Assembly (NCBI RefSeq): GCF_009914755.1
Contig: NC_060929.1
DNA: 64,000 nucleotides
Origin: the human T2T-CHM13v2.0 reference genome, Homo sapiens
Strand: one strand, 5' to 3'
Within the stretch, counting starts at the first letter, position 1. Each line of letters opens with the position of its first letter. The notes beneath the pieces are model-generated. The model did no database searches, was not told where the DNA came from, and saw nothing but the letters and a program-made list of their open reading frames with translations. Shown one piece after another: positions 30,723 to 45,876 of this stretch. The translations under genes and the position numbers were made by a program.

Positions 30723-31374
30723 AACCCAAAAACTTTAGAAACAGAAACACCAAATTAGAAGCATAGCAATTGAGACAAAATAATTTAAAATCTAAAAAAT
30801 AAATTAGATGAGAAATAGGAAGCAAACTGTACAGATGCACAAAAGGAGTGCTAAGCTAGTCCAGACCGCAAAAGGCCTGTGCATGGTGCAAGACTGGAAA
30901 ACATGACAACTCGGGCTTGGTTCAAGGTTACTCTCACTGTGCTTACTAATGAACCAGAAAATATGTACTGTAGAAGATAAATATTCTGTAAGTACCTGAG
31001 TGAGCAGGCCCAGCTCTCCAGGATCTCTCCAGGGCCTTGCTCTGTGTACAAAGCAAACTTCCAGCAAGCTGAGCAGTTCACGGCTATAAGCTCACTTCCT
31101 TTTGTATCTTTAGACTGGGGAAGACACAACAGCATCAAGGATCTACCAGCTATGTAGAAAGTAACTTCTACTGCAGCCCAGTGTTCTGTGTGTCATTTCT
31201 ATTGAATCACTAGGACTGCAATAGTGCTGGATTCCTCTACTATAGACACTGCACTATAAAGGAGAAGAAGCACATGTCAGATTCAAAAACATGAGCCCAG
31301 AACTTCTTATGTGCAGGAAATATAACTGTAGGTCTAACATAGTTTTTCAAGGACTGACACCATAATATTACTTA

Positions 31375-31575
31375 TGTTCAAAATTCAACTCTGTCATATA
31401 TTGCACTAGCTGCGGAACTTTTGGCAAATAAGCATCTTTCTATACCTCAGTTTCCTCATATTGGGATGGTCATAATCATAGCATCTATCTTATGGGGTTG
31501 TTGTGGAGATTAAATAATTTAGTAAGTGCTTAGAACAATGCTTAGCACATTTGAAGTGCTATGTGTTAGCTATTG
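31375..31575 (+). mobile_element. MIR SINE
   Basis: 'cctcagtttcctcat...ggggttgttgtggagattaaataa...gtaagtgcttagaacaatgc'. Confidence 0.8.
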
Positions 31576-32160
31576 ATAACTTTATAATTTCTCTAAATTT
31601 TTATTTTGGCTTCCACACAGTTAATTTGATGAGAAAGTTTAACCTTGGCCTTTTAAGGGATCCCCAATCCTCTTTCCATGCCACTGGAGCCAGGTATAGT
31701 GGACTCCATTTGTCTACATATGTCCAAATTTAAAAATAAACTGGACAAACACTTTACTGACAAAACACATCTGTGGGATGCATTTAGCTTGCAGATCATA
31801 ATTTTGAGACCTCTGACCTGAGGGCTTAGCCTTTGGAACACTATGATCATAAAATTTCAGCTTTGTAGAATATCACATTTCACCCTTAAGGCAATGCACA
31901 TATTAATATCTACCTACTGTTTGAAGGAGAGTGATGGAAAAAGAGGAAATACAGGAAGTATAGACAAAAACATTAAATATTGTTTAATGTCTCAAAATAT
32001 TATTCTTCCATCATAGATTTTATAAATTGGTTTATGGACCAAAGGATTTCCCTAAGAGTTATTTGAAACTTTTGTGTTTTGGCAAAAGATGTTTACATTT
32101 CATTAAGAATTTCAACTATCTGCTATGCATTATTTTTTATCAATAATAGTGCAGTTAGAA

Positions 32161-32297
32161 CAGTCCTTCTTAAACATTAATGTGCACATGAATCACATGG
32201 AGATCTTGTGAAAAGGCAGAATTTGATTAGTTTAGGGGTGATACCTGTGGCATTGCATTTCTAACACACTCTCAGGAGATACTGTTGCAGAAGCCAG
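32161..32297. mobile_element. MER5A/B hAT remnant
   Basis: 'gcacatgaatcacatggagatcttgtgaaaaggcaga...tgcatttctaacacactctcaggagat'. Confidence 0.7.
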
Positions 32298-32775
32298 TAC
32301 CTCTACTAAGGTACAGGCCTCCAAAGGGTCTTGCACAAATGAGAGACCCTGAGGCTCAAGCATTATGCTACTGATGACATGCAGCATATTATGCAAAATG
32401 ATAATCTCAGAGTTGCTGTCACAAATACTGGTATAACTGCCTCTAACTTCTAGTTCATAAAGTTCAGTTACTACTTTAGAAACCATAATCTGAGTTTAGT
32501 TTAGAGTACCTCTTTTATAACAGAGTCCATATAATTGTCATATGTAATCTATTTTGATGTATGCATTTCAAAGAATACTTAGAACATTAATTTGAATAAT
32601 TTGCACTTGATTTACTTAGAGAATCAGAAGCAGTACAACAGTTATCTACAATGTTAGATAGTGGCCCTCAATATTGCACTCTATTCAATTCTAAATTCTT
32701 AATAACACATAGACTGGAACACTGGTTGCATACTTTTAAGAGAAACTTTTAGTTGTGTATTTTTAAGAGAAAGTG

Positions 32776-32851
32776 TTTTAATTCTTTCTTATGTAAAAAT
32801 AGATTAGCAAGAGAATTTTAATTCTTATGTAACAATAGATTAGTGAGAGAA
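32776..32851. repeat. Tandem duplication of about 36-40 bp
   Basis: ttttaattctttcttatgtaaaaatagattagcaagagaa / ttttaattcttatgtaacaatagattagtgagagaa. Confidence 0.8.
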
Positions 32852-34453
32852 AATGCATTCTGTCATATATATTCATACACAAACACATACATGTATTTTT
32901 AATGGGTCAAAGGAGATGAATAAATTTTCTTTAAACACTTTGGAATCATTTGGAATATTTTAATTTTGTAAAGTCGAAAATAAGTGAAATGGATTGTGAA
33001 AATCAAAATAAAACAAAATATACCTTTTTAAATGTCTTTTAAGAGTAACATTTGCTTCAACATATTGACAAAGTTAGCAAAGAAATGCTGAAATAAAATT
33101 TACCTCAAAAAATTTCATGAAAATATGTGATTACATTATATAAACATATAAAAATAACTACAGAAACTTCAGAGCACATATATCTGGTTTTAAACAATAC
33201 TGTTTTAATCAGCTTTTACTCCTAAGTAAGTTAAATATTTATCTAATCAGTTCTATGAAGGAGACCACTTTGACCCCTCTACCACCCTCTATTTATGTGA
33301 CTTCTGGAAATACAGAACTAATCCCCACAGAGACTCAAAGCAAATTTGCTTACACATGTCCTTGTGAAAGGAAAATATTTTAAAATTAAATGTCAAATGG
33401 AGAAATCTTTATCAAAATACTTATCAAAATGCTAGATATTATTAGAAAATTGATGCGACAAAATAGGAACTATGATTTTTTCCAGTGTCCCAAACCATAA
33501 TACTACCTTTTTAGAAACCCCACTGGCAGTTCTAAGTTACTTATCTTAAATATAACCTAAAGAAGTCAGAGAAAGTCCACCAAGTAAAAATGGAACACAC
33601 AATGAAAGTGTAAACTCCACAGAAAATTCACAGCAATGACAACAGAGTCAACATGTTTTTGTTTCTTGTTTATTGAATCACAGCCATAGTAAAATTATAA
33701 CTACCTATAAAATATCTACCACTTTTCACAGCAATTAATAGACTTACTGGGACCCATCAGTGTGAAATACAACATAAAATTTTTTTAAATAAAAAAATAA
33801 GTTGTATTTAAATTCTTGTCAAAATTCCATCATAAGCTAATTAAAATGGTTTATTTTGTAAAAGCTATGATTAGAGATAGAAACCATACCTTTTGCCAAC
33901 ATAGCTTTTATTGTCATGGTAAAGAGAAATTGTATTCACCATATATTGGCTTCATAGAACATAGTTTCTACCCATCTTGACAAGTATTACACATTTTTAT
34001 GTACATGAAACAAGATAAAATAATTTTAGCTGTTTGAGTCCACCTTAGTGCAATTCCTCAAAGACACAGGAAATAAATAACTTCACACAAGCTAAGAGCT
34101 GGCCCAGCTTATATCTTTGAGAGCAGCTGATTTCTTTGTTGTTTACTCAAATATTGTTAACAATGGAAATATCATGAAATAGTCCACTTTTAAAGCTATG
34201 TCTGTCCTAAAATGATTTCTTTTGGCCATGTGGGAAGTGTTTGGCATTCTCCAAGCTCCAGGCAATTTTAGGTACCAGTGGCTTTTGACATTGTATTATT
34301 TTCCAGGAATGTTCAAGACATCACAACCCCTTCTTTACCTGATTCATTTTTCATCAACATTCTAGACAGAGATTAAGCATCATCTTTCCAAGAAGTCTTT
34401 CTGTGTTATTTGTTTACACATCAGCTGACATTTTTCTTCCTCTGGCCATAGTC

Positions 34454-35153
34454 ATATATATATGTGTGTGTGTGTGTGTGTATATATATGTATATATATG
34501 TATACCATATATATATGTATATATATGTATACCATATATATATGTATATATATGTATACCATATATATGTGTATATATGTATACCATATATATGTGTATA
34601 TATGTATACCATATATATGTGTATATATGTATACCATATATATGTGTATATATGTATACCATATATATGTGTATATATGTATACCATATATATGTGTATA
34701 TATGTATACCATATATATGTGTATATATGTATACCATATATATGTGTATATATGTATACCATATATATGTGTATATATGTATACCATATATATGTGTATA
34801 TATGTATACCATATATATGTGTATATATGTATACCATATATATGTATATATGTATACCATATATATGTATATATGTATACCATATGTATGTATGTATATG
34901 CATACCATATGTATGTATGTATATGCATACCATATGTATGTATGTATATGCATACCATATGTATGTATGTATATGTATACCATATGTATGTATGTATATG
35001 TATACCGTATGTATGTATATGTATACCATATGTATGTATGTATATGTATACCATATATATGTATGTATATGTATACCATATATATGGTATACATATATAT
35101 ACACACACATGCATACACACACATATATATTAAATATATATGAATATATATGT
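34454..35153. repeat. TA-rich minisatellite/VNTR, core 25-bp unit ATATATATGTGTATATATGTATACC
   Basis: 11 identical units at 34561-34835, flanked by variant units and (TG)n / (CA)n ends. Confidence 0.97.
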
Positions 35154-38100
35154 TTTTCAGCATCTGTGTCATTACATTATAATAGGTTGTCCGTACATCT
35201 GTGTCCCCTATTAATCAGCAAGCTTCATTAGGAAAGTGATTGGATCCCCTGATTTCTATTCCTTATATCTAATACACTACTGGACTACAATACAGACTTT
35301 AAATTGATTGGTTGAGTGAGGGAATGGATGAATACCCAGCATTTTTCTTCCTCAATGTATGGAAAGAAATAAAAGCATTACTTTTTGAATATTAAAATAT
35401 GCCAGCACCCGAATTTAAGACTTTATTTACCATATACCATGTATTCTCCCATATATTTCCTAGAAAAAAAGAAAAATTATTAATTCCACGTAACTAATGT
35501 GGAAGCCAAGGCTTAAAATCATTAATATATCCAAAGATTATACAAATAGTAAATAGTGAAGATGAAATTTGAATGAAGATACCTTGCACTGCATAACCTA
35601 TGTTAGTAGGGGTAGATAACCTGAAATAAGGATGTTGGCAAAGGAAAAAGCCTGACTCAGATTGGGAATTTTCAGACAAAACTCAGACTCTAAGCTACCA
35701 AAAACCATCAAGAAGAACATTCCAGACCTAATAACTCTTATCTTGTATATTTTAGACCAGAGCTGAGCTTGGAACGTTGCTTTCATGTAGATTTTGTCTT
35801 TCTAATCTTGGCCATACTGTATTACTTCACATGGCATAAACAAGTTTTAAGTTTTCTCTCTCTGTTCAAAATTCACAAACTGCCAACTTCCACTTTTGAA
35901 TTCATAATATATAATGAGCCAGAGCAGTCCAGATAAGAGATTGGAGGGGCAAAGAGGAAGGAGAAGATGGGGAAAATATATAATAACAATATAATTTCAT
36001 GCTGTTTCATGCTTTCTTGCTATATTTTTGTGTTATAAATTTCTAAATTTGTAACAGGTGAGCTAACAATAGCAATTGATAAAACACAATCCATTTAATA
36101 AAAAGAGGTTAAATAAAATGTAATATGAAAAGAAGTGCACACATGTGAGCCATATATTACTTTATTCCAACTATTTCCTTGTATACCATGCCAATAAGAA
36201 TAAATAAAAGAAAATTTGGCCTCCAAATATGTTATGTACTTGCTGTTTTTATTTATTTATTTTATATGGGTTATAGCCTATGAGAAGTTCTGAAGAGCTA
36301 ACAATAACCTTCTTCATACAAACTGGGTTTTCACTCAATGAAAAATAGTGTAGTACGATTCAGCTTAATATGATTTTAAGGAAGGCAAAGGTGTATAAAC
36401 AAAGTACAGAAATCATTTATGTATAGCTTCAACTTCCATACTGTTAACGAAGAGTTATTGATCATGTGGAATAAAGAACACAATGGCCAGTCAGTTGCAC
36501 TTTAAGCTACTTTTCCACAAGTGGTGATGCTCATGTGGTGCCTTACTAAAATTGTAAGCAAGAATGTTGATTCTATGTATTTTTCTCAGGTGCTAATAGT
36601 ATTGATTCTTCTTTCCTTTCTCACTGTAATCCACTAGCTTTATATTACACCAAAACTTATAGGATAAAGAAAATGTACGAGAGAAGGAAAAATATGGTTC
36701 CCCTCCTCTTTAGCCATGATGAATAAAATTAGTCAAGCTTCATATGGTCAACAGCATGTATTACGCATTTCTATGTATCATAAGCCCTGAGATAACCCAG
36801 GGGAGGCAAAGGGTATGTGCTCTGATTTTCAAAACCTTGTAACCATACTAAAGCTGAGTGGATGGACATGAACTCCAAGAGTAGGCAGAACCAACCAGGA
36901 AGAGCTCGGTGGCTAGAGTACATATACACAGTATAGATGTTCCTCCTTGAAACCATCCATTGACCTCATGTTGCTTGTGCCTCGGGTTTCTGCTTGCAAA
37001 AGGGCAATTAGTGAGAGTCAGCATATATTCTCAGCAGAGAGCTCCTCTGTAAACTTGGTCATGATCTCAGTTGTATTACTCAAGCGTCTTAGCCAAATGA
37101 AAAGAAATGTCAGCTTGGAATTTTTCAGATATTTGCAAAAAATATTTTCATTCCAAAGACAAGTAAGGGAAGAAGAGTAGTCATAAATTCCTTATGTTCT
37201 CTGAAACGTGCAAATTTTAAATAGAATTTTATACAGAAAATTAAAAATACAATAACCTGGCATCTTTAACTCAATATTCATAACAATTTAATGGTGGTGG
37301 GCTTTAGTGAAGCCTCCTATTCAGGCTTTATTACTTTAATAAAACAACTTTAGTACATTTTCTATTCCACAGTAGTACTTTATTATGAGTTACAGAAAGT
37401 AAACTGCCCTTGTTAAAATAAATAAAGCAAGTACATCTCAGGATTTCACATACCTGATTTTATAATGTTGTTTTCTAATGTGCATCGCTACTCATTTGCA
37501 CAATTCAGTCATCTCTTAGGAATTCTCAAGTCATTAGCATGAATTAGTATAGTATTAAGTATGAAATGCGAGATACTTCTAAGAATTTTAAAAGAAGTGC
37601 ACTGTTAGGCACAGATTAATGGGGAGTAATTTATCTCCTTCTACATTTACAGCTCCCACAATGAAAGCAGACGGGCCACAAATATGCTTTTCCTAAGTGG
37701 TCATTTTTAGTGGCAAACTGCTAACACAGCAACATTTCTGGGTCCATTTCTTCAACACAGACTCACAGGAAACCCAACATGCTGTAGTAGAATGAATCCT
37801 GAGTCGAGAGACATCAGATGGCATCTGTGGTACTGCTCTGGCATTGTGTGACTATGTGTCATGTGGCTTCTTCCTCTATCCTAAAGTGGTTCCTTACACA
37901 TTGTACATTCTCTTCAATGTTTAGGAGTTTGACAAAGTACTCTGTAGTATATAGAGCCCTTTGCTGTGTACATTAATTTATTTTCACATCTCCACAGGAT
38001 AACATAACCCTGATTTTACAGGTAGGAAAACTGCTACTCCTCTAGGAAGTGTAAGTAAACGTCTGATGCCACATTACTGGCAACTGCCAGAATCAGTACA

Positions 38101-38629
38101 TCTTCTAAGTTCTCATGTGTTTAGTGTTAGGTAAGAAAGTTATCTCAGCTCATTATCCCACAGAGGTCCCACATGCCAAAGACTGGGGCCAGAGTGGAGC
38201 AAGGCACTCAAATAGTTCACTAACATGCATTCTCTTCTAAACTAATACATTCCCCAAATAAAATCAATTTCTTGTCCAGTCTTTGAAGATATGGTTAATT
38301 TTTAGGAGTAAAAGTTTCTAAAATAACCCTCACATAATTTTTATGCTCTTGCTAACCTTTGGAGAGCAGCATTCATAAGCTCTTTGGAAGGGCTATTATT
38401 CCCAAATATAACTCATAGTAACTAAGTTATTAATGTATTATTTACTCACTTTACCTTAAGTTACAGAATTTGGAATTATGTAATACAACTAAGAAAATGC
38501 TAAAACTGTGTCATTGAGTACATGAGTGGCTGCTATGAGTCTCAAGAGATGAGATACAAAACGGAAAAAAGTTTTAAATTAATCTGGCTACAAAGATTAA
38601 ATATAAAAATGATGACTAAAAGTAGTCAT

Positions 38630-38680
38630 CATGTTATTATTCTTGTTATTATTCATGTTATTATTCATGTTATTATTCTT
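38630..38680. repeat. 12-bp tandem repeat CATGTTATTATT x4
   Basis: Four units, one with an A>T change. Confidence 0.9.
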
Positions 38681-39947
38681 AACCAAGAGAAAATATCTAT
38701 CCTGTTCCTTTTTGGAACTGTTTATCTCATCTTCAACTCAATTTCCAACTCACATCTACCAGAAGATCTCCCGCTAATACAGCTTGGGTCTCCACAGTAC
38801 GTCTTGGATGTGGTCTTCCCGTACAATCTATATACATTTTGTCAGTTCATGTTCTATGATTACAGTATTTTCTGCTTTGTGTTGTAATTGATTACATGCT
38901 TCTCCCTCTCTTTATTCTGAGTCCTTGATGTCAAGGGCCACATTTAACTGTTTGAGGGGTAGTGAGGGGGACTGGATACACTGAGCACCTAAAACAAAGA
39001 CTCAGTATGATTCTGGAGTAAGTGAACAAATGAGTAAATCTAAATTTGTTTGAAATCTGATGACTAATAGTAAGTCCATGTCATAAAATCAAATGCAGTG
39101 TTTCCTTATAGTCCATGTATAGTTTTCTGTACTGACAGCTGTAAAAGAATTCAAAAGAGAGCAATAGACAAAAGCATCTGTATCTTTCATGACAGTAGAA
39201 AGTGAACACAGAGACGTTAATCATTATTATAGTCCCTCAAAAGGTACTGCTTTTTCATTCCAAAATATCTCTTACTTTTTCTTGACACAGTCAAATGGGT
39301 ACGCTAATTTACCTAATAAAAACAAATCCTTAGGTAAATTATTGGCTTCCTTTAAAAGGAAGCTAAAGTAAATTAGGATGGGTCAAAGTTAGACCTAGAA
39401 ACTTCAAAAGTGACTATTTAATTGAGTGTATTTAACTTATCTTTCCATGATAATTGATAACAAAAGCATTCATCTAATTGAAAATCTCCATGAAATAAAG
39501 CAAGACATACTGAAACACTATTCCATATTTTTTTCATGAATCACTTATCTTTAAAGAAAAATTGAGTTACTGATGTATTAACAGTTAATTTTCAGCTAAC
39601 TGATGCAGAATTTAAACCTTTGACAAAAAAATTAATAACTTTGATGTTTTAATTTTAATATTAACAAAGGATAGCAGATTTAAGCCATATTTAAAATGTT
39701 CACAGTACATATAGACACTTACCCTGAACAATTAGTTACACAGAGAGTCACAAGATGAAATTCAAAAGCAGCATCTTTAGATTTTGAGGTTGTTACTCCA
39801 AACATAGACATGAGAAAAATCTCTGTAAATATCTCATCAATTCAGAAGATTATTGAGTTTTAGTAAAGAGATAGGAAGAACATGGAAGTCATAAGAGACA
39901 CTAAAATTAAAAACACATTTGTTTCTGATTTCAGATTTTGATTCTTT

Positions 39948-40012
39948 AAAGGGAAAAAAACACAAAAAGAAATAAGGATAAAGGAAAAAAAAACACAAAA
40001 AGAAATAAGGAT
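39948..40012. repeat. Tandem duplication of about 32 bp
   Basis: aaagggaaaaaaacacaaaaagaaataaggat / aaaggaaaaaaaaacacaaaaagaaataaggat. Confidence 0.85.
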
Positions 40013-40589
40013 AAAATCTACATACTCAATGCAAAGGCAAGGAATTTCTCAGACAGAAAATAATCTGGCTGATGGAAATAATAAAGCTAAACACCATGCT
40101 CCCCACCATCAATCATAAGGTTTGAGATGAAAGATAGATACCCCAGAATACAAATAGACAAGGAGAGGCTTCACAATTTTGTAAAACCTTTAGGGGACAG
40201 AAAAGGAGAAAGATGTTTCTTCATCTTTGGAATACAGTAGACATGACCCTAACCCCACAAATTCAGAACCCTGGGCAGGTCCCTGAGAGCCAAATGAGAC
40301 CCATATTTCAGAGCAGAGATAGCTGGCTTGAGTCTTGGGAGAGGCTAAAGCTACAGGACACTAGGTGATAGATGAGGCAGCATTGCTGGAAGTGAGCACA
40401 GGAAGCATTTTAAGATGGCAGAAGCAACAGCAGAACAGTAATTTGGATAAACCCTAAGACAGATTCCTGTACTAACTTCCCTCCTTCACCTCCTAGCTCT
40501 GTGTGCTTGTTCAAGTTACATGACCCACTGAACTTGTTTCTTTAACTGAAGAATAAGACTATCAACACCAAACTTAAATAATTTTTATA

Positions 40590-41130
40590 CATATTTGGCT
40601 AGGAAAACAGAGCCACTTAATGTGTTCTAAGTATGAAGGGTTTAATATGAAAAAGTAAAGAATTCAACCATTAGAAGAGTTGGGAAGTAAGTGATGAGTT
40701 GGGGAGTGAACAAGAGTTGAGGGTGGTCAGGGAAGCCCCATGCCCATGATCACAGCCCGAAGCACTGGTATGGGGTTTCTCATGAGCTTATAGGGAAGTT
40801 GCTGCAATGCCTTTGAAATATATGAGTATATGAAAGTTCCCATTGATCTTCTCTGTCTGCATCAGTAAAAGCAATGGTTTTCAGTAGCTGGCTGGAAAGC
40901 CAATGTGAATCTCTCATCTGCACAGCATATGATGGAAATTGCCTTCAGAAAAAAATGGCCTTGCAGTCTTCTGCCTTCCTAATCAAGCAGAAATGCTACT
41001 TCTTGGCATAGGTCAGTCTGAAACCATACAGGGAGGGGGATTCTTAAACACAAAGGCTCTGGCTTCTCTGCATTGTGAGGAGACCTTAGAAAGAGGTGGT
41101 GATGATGCAATTATTCAGCATCAATGAAAA
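40590..41130 (-). mobile_element. Old ERVL-type LTR (LTR33/LTR41-like), adjoining a MIR fragment at about 40430-40590
   Basis: 'ggaaaacagagccact...gggtttaat' and 'ctgaaaccatacagggagggggattct' motifs; family uncertain. Confidence 0.35.
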
Positions 41131-41430
41131 TGTTAAATTTGATTATCCACAATAAGAGTATAGCAAAGATTTGTACTAGTATTATTTATTATCTTTACAG
41201 GGTAGAAATAACTTTTGGGCAAAATTAACTGTACAACAGAGAGTATTTATTGATATCTGATTTCAGGCACAGAGAAACTTTAGAAAACAGAGTTTGGTGG
41301 TCCCTTGGTGAAGAAAAATGGTGTAGATGTTTTTTCCCATAATTCCCAAAATTTCTTTTGATGGAACTATATAACTTACACCGTCAGAAAACAAACATTA
41401 TTTTAAGGAGGGAAAGGGAAGTAGGACAGT

Positions 41431-41587
41431 AAGGAAAGAAGGAAGGAAGGAAGGAAGGAAGGAAGGAAGGAAGGAAGGAAGGGAGGGAGGGAGGGAGGAA
41501 GGAAGGGGAAAAGGAAAAGGAAAAAGGAAGGAAAGGAAAGGAAGGGAAAAGGGAAGGAAAGGAAAGGAAAGGAAAAAGGAGGGAGGA
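41431..41587. repeat. Pure-purine GGAA/GGGA/GGAAA microsatellite
   Basis: 157 bp without a pyrimidine; 10 consecutive GGAA at 41441-41480. Confidence 0.97.
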
Positions 41588-43080
41588 TTTTAGCAGTTAC
41601 ACTGCTAGGATGTAGCTCAAGTCAAAAGCTTTTGCTACTTGTTCCAGGTTACTCATAACTGATGTGTCAAATTTGTCAGCCTAATGACTGGAGAAGCACC
41701 TATTATATCTTTAATTAGTAGGGAATATGACAACAAGAATGGCAGTTTTATCTACAGCAGCTTAGAAGACAGATTCAAGCACAAGAAAATGAATAATATA
41801 AATGGTAAAAATCACCACTGACAATTCAGCAAAGCCAACAAATCCATATAGTACATGCTAAAGTGCAGCAAATTACAATAGAGACAATATAATGAATTAA
41901 CACATCAATATAACAGCATATTATCAACAAAAACAAAGATCTATTGAGCGTCTCCAATATACAACACTCTGTGCTGAAGAAATTAAGACAACGACCCAAA
42001 GCTAGAGCCAGAAGACACAACTAATAATAGATACGATCACAAATGAGCTCATGCAAAGGGTCTACTGATTGGCATAGTGATACCCTCAGGCAAGGATGTG
42101 GTAGCTGAAATCAAGACACAGGAGTGGTTCTCTACGAGATGATGTTAAATAAATTAAGAAAGTAAGCTCAAACTTCTCTCTTTGAGAGACAGCAAAAAAA
42201 ACAAGAGGAAACAAAATAAAAGTGGTTGGAAATGTTCCCTGAGTTCCATGAGCCATAAAGCTGTCCAGGTACACACCCTCTGAGGTTAGTCACTGTGAGA
42301 GTGGACATCAATCACTGTGGTCACACTGGAAGACTCCCTCCAGGAAAGTTAAAAGGAGAAATAAAGACCTAAACAGTGCCATACATCAAACCCATGAATC
42401 TGAGAACAGGGTGGTAAAAGATGCATTTATAGTACAAATTAATCCAAATGACCAAGAAGGGCAAATGTTTTCCACATGTACACTGTGTGTCATAACGTAC
42501 TCTGTGACTGTGCATAAAATAATAGCACACTTTGCCAGAAAGGTCATTTTATTTATCAATTCAAAACATATCCATGCAGATTTGCAGCATGCCAATATAT
42601 TCAACATTTTACTTAACATTAAGACATTTTATTCACTCCTGTTCTCAGGCCCTTTGATGAAGTGACATTTCCTGACATTTTCTGACACTTTCTCACAGTG
42701 GAGTAAACTGACATTCATTAAGTCAGATTTCGCTGGATTATTACATCTTATAGATTAGAAAAATTCTGGTCATTCATTCAACAATCGTTGACGAGGTGCC
42801 TCACCGTTCTCATTCTTCTCCTGGTTACCAGCATTGCAGTGCGTTTATGCCACTTCCCTAAACAAACAAGGTTAGAAGTCTCATTGACTTCTGGGATGGA
42901 TATGAATGCCTCATCCTGGCTTTAAAGCACTTCTCCAACATGTCCGCAATGCATGTTTCCTACACAATGTTTGGTACAAATTTCAAACACCACATTCTTC
43001 ACGAACATTTTCACATTTCTCCTGAACTAAATGTTGTCGTTCCTTATATGAAATATATTTTTTGCTCTTTTATAGAACAT

Positions 43081-43478
43081 TGTGTTTTGTTTCTGGTTAA
43101 ATACCACTTTATGTTGACCACCCCCAAGTCCTCAGTGGATAACAAATAGCCAATATTATTTTTCATGTATTTTGAGGATTGGCTAGGAGGTTTCTCTGCT
43201 GAGTTTGCCTATGGTCATGTATGTGTCTGCATTCAGCTGGGAGCTCAGCTCAGCAGGAAGGCTCCAGACGGTCTTATTCATGTCCGGCAGCTTGCACCAG
43301 CTGCTGGCTGGTGTGCCCTGTTTCTTTTTTTTTCAACCTGTTCTTCCATTCACCTATTGGCTAGACTATCTCATTCCATTGATAAAAGAAATAGAGAGAG
43401 CCAGTTTTCATTTAAGGATTGAAGAATGAATTTCACTTCTTGATGCGAAGGATGTAAGGCCACTTTTACTGTATTACA
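43081..43478 (-). mobile_element. MLT1 (F/G/H-like) MaLR LTR
   Basis: 'tgtgtctgcattcagctgggagctcagct', 'ttattcatgtccggcagcttg...gctgctggctgg', 'cacttcttgatgcgaagga'. Confidence 0.6.
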
Positions 43479-43707
43479 CATTTCATATTTTGGTTGTGCT
43501 TTTATTCTTACAGGTCCTGTAGGTCAGGAACTCTGTTACCACAGTATCTCCTATGTTGTCTGGCACAGGGATGTGTATGTTTTACTTAATAAATATTTAT
43601 TTCACAGAATGTAAGGGTTGTCATGGTACTATCTATAAATAAATAGATAACAAAGACAAGTCTAGGCAAATATTCAAGACAGAAGCATGTTCTTAAAAAC
43701 TGGAGAG

Positions 43708-44359
<652 letters not shown>

Positions 44360-45876
44360 CTAAACAGTCATTGTGAAAATTAATTACAAGCCATTTCAAT
44401 GTGCTCTGTCTGCTTTCTGCTCATAGAAATGCGGAATCTGTGTCCTTAAAAACAGATACATCTAAACTTATTTTAAAACATTATATCATTTAAATGCATT
44501 GTTTCCTTTCCTAATTTGGGGTTTCTCCACCAAACGAAATTGCGTATAAGAAAATCTATAAATCACCTTCATATAAGATATTTAATTTAAAATAAACCTT
44601 CAAAAAAGTGAGAAACTGACTTATACACTATCATTTGAGCATGGATACATTTTCTATTATTACATAAACATTTTCTCAACCATATTGTCCTTTCTTAAAC
44701 ATTCCTTTAAAAGGAATTTCATGATGAGAATGCCATATAATTAATTTAATGCCTATATTTTTCTCACGTACATGTAATTACATACATATTTCAAATAAAT
44801 ACTTGGTTGTTTATTTTCCTTCCACTTAAGCATATTTAAAACAAAGCTGAATATTCACCTAATTTCCCCTAAACAAAATGAGCATTGGTATACAAGGGTA
44901 AAATGATGAAAGTCATATTTTTAACAATATTTCCTTATATGTGTCATCGAGGAAATTATCTAATCTTTTTTAGTCTCTATTTATTCATCTGTAAGATAGA
45001 AAATAGCAATTTTTTCCAGATTGCATACCTCTAAAACACTGTAATTCTCTATATGCCCCTTAGCTGTGTAACACACTAATACAAAATTAGAGGATTCATT
45101 AGCTGTTATTTTGCTACCCATCAGTTTCATTAATAGGAGCTTTACAATTTGGAAGGGGGGAAAATAGCACTAGATAATTAATGAACCAGATATTAAGCCT
45201 AAATATATATTCACACATTACTCAGCACACTAATAAACCAGCTAAGAGAAAAACATTGGTTGAGACTGTTTGCTCAAGTCATTCATAGTAGCAATTTTGT
45301 TTTTCACAGTTAATAAAGTTAATACCAAGGAGACACAAAACAAAAAAAAGGATAATAAATATGTATCTACAAAATCAGAAAAAAATGTTAAACCAAAACA
45401 TAAGGAAGCAAGTTATGCTAGAATAAAAATGAAAGATAGCTTGCAAAGATATATTTTAATTATTAAAATCACCAGCATTCTTGTTTTCCTAAAGTATTTA
45501 CACAAACTACTGTCCTCTGATCATGCTGCCATTTCCTCTCAATGTTCTTTTGTCTTCTAATCAAGAGAGTAAGACACCAGGCAACTTCCAAATTGTGGAA
45601 TTCTAATTATACTTTCCTTACTGAAAGAAACCAAGACTCCTTGGGGACTTAGCTGACTTCAGGCTGGATCAAGTGATGTATAAGAGATATCTGAGATATC
45701 CTATTTTGACAGAAAACAAAGACCACTGTGTTCAAAAGACATAGTGCCAACCTGAAGACAAGCTCCCACTTTTCAAAGATAGAACTGTTTGAATAACAAT
45801 AATAACAAATAACAACTGCAACATACAGAATTGTCAAATAATGTTTACTGAGTACATAATGACAAATTAAAAGAAA

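Noticed and set aside
30988-31113. Possible 126-nt intron (gtaagt ... ctcacttccttttgtatctttag)
   Set aside because: Weak exonic donor context, no reading frame or other support; expected by chance.
34561-34835. Regular 25-bp repeats suggesting a CRISPR-like array
   Set aside because: Head-to-tail units with no unique spacers, no cas genes, and a eukaryotic context.
34403-35231. Six overlapping 220-255 aa Y/I/C/M/H-rich ORFs
   Set aside because: Artefact of the stop-free TA-rich VNTR; no evidence of coding function.
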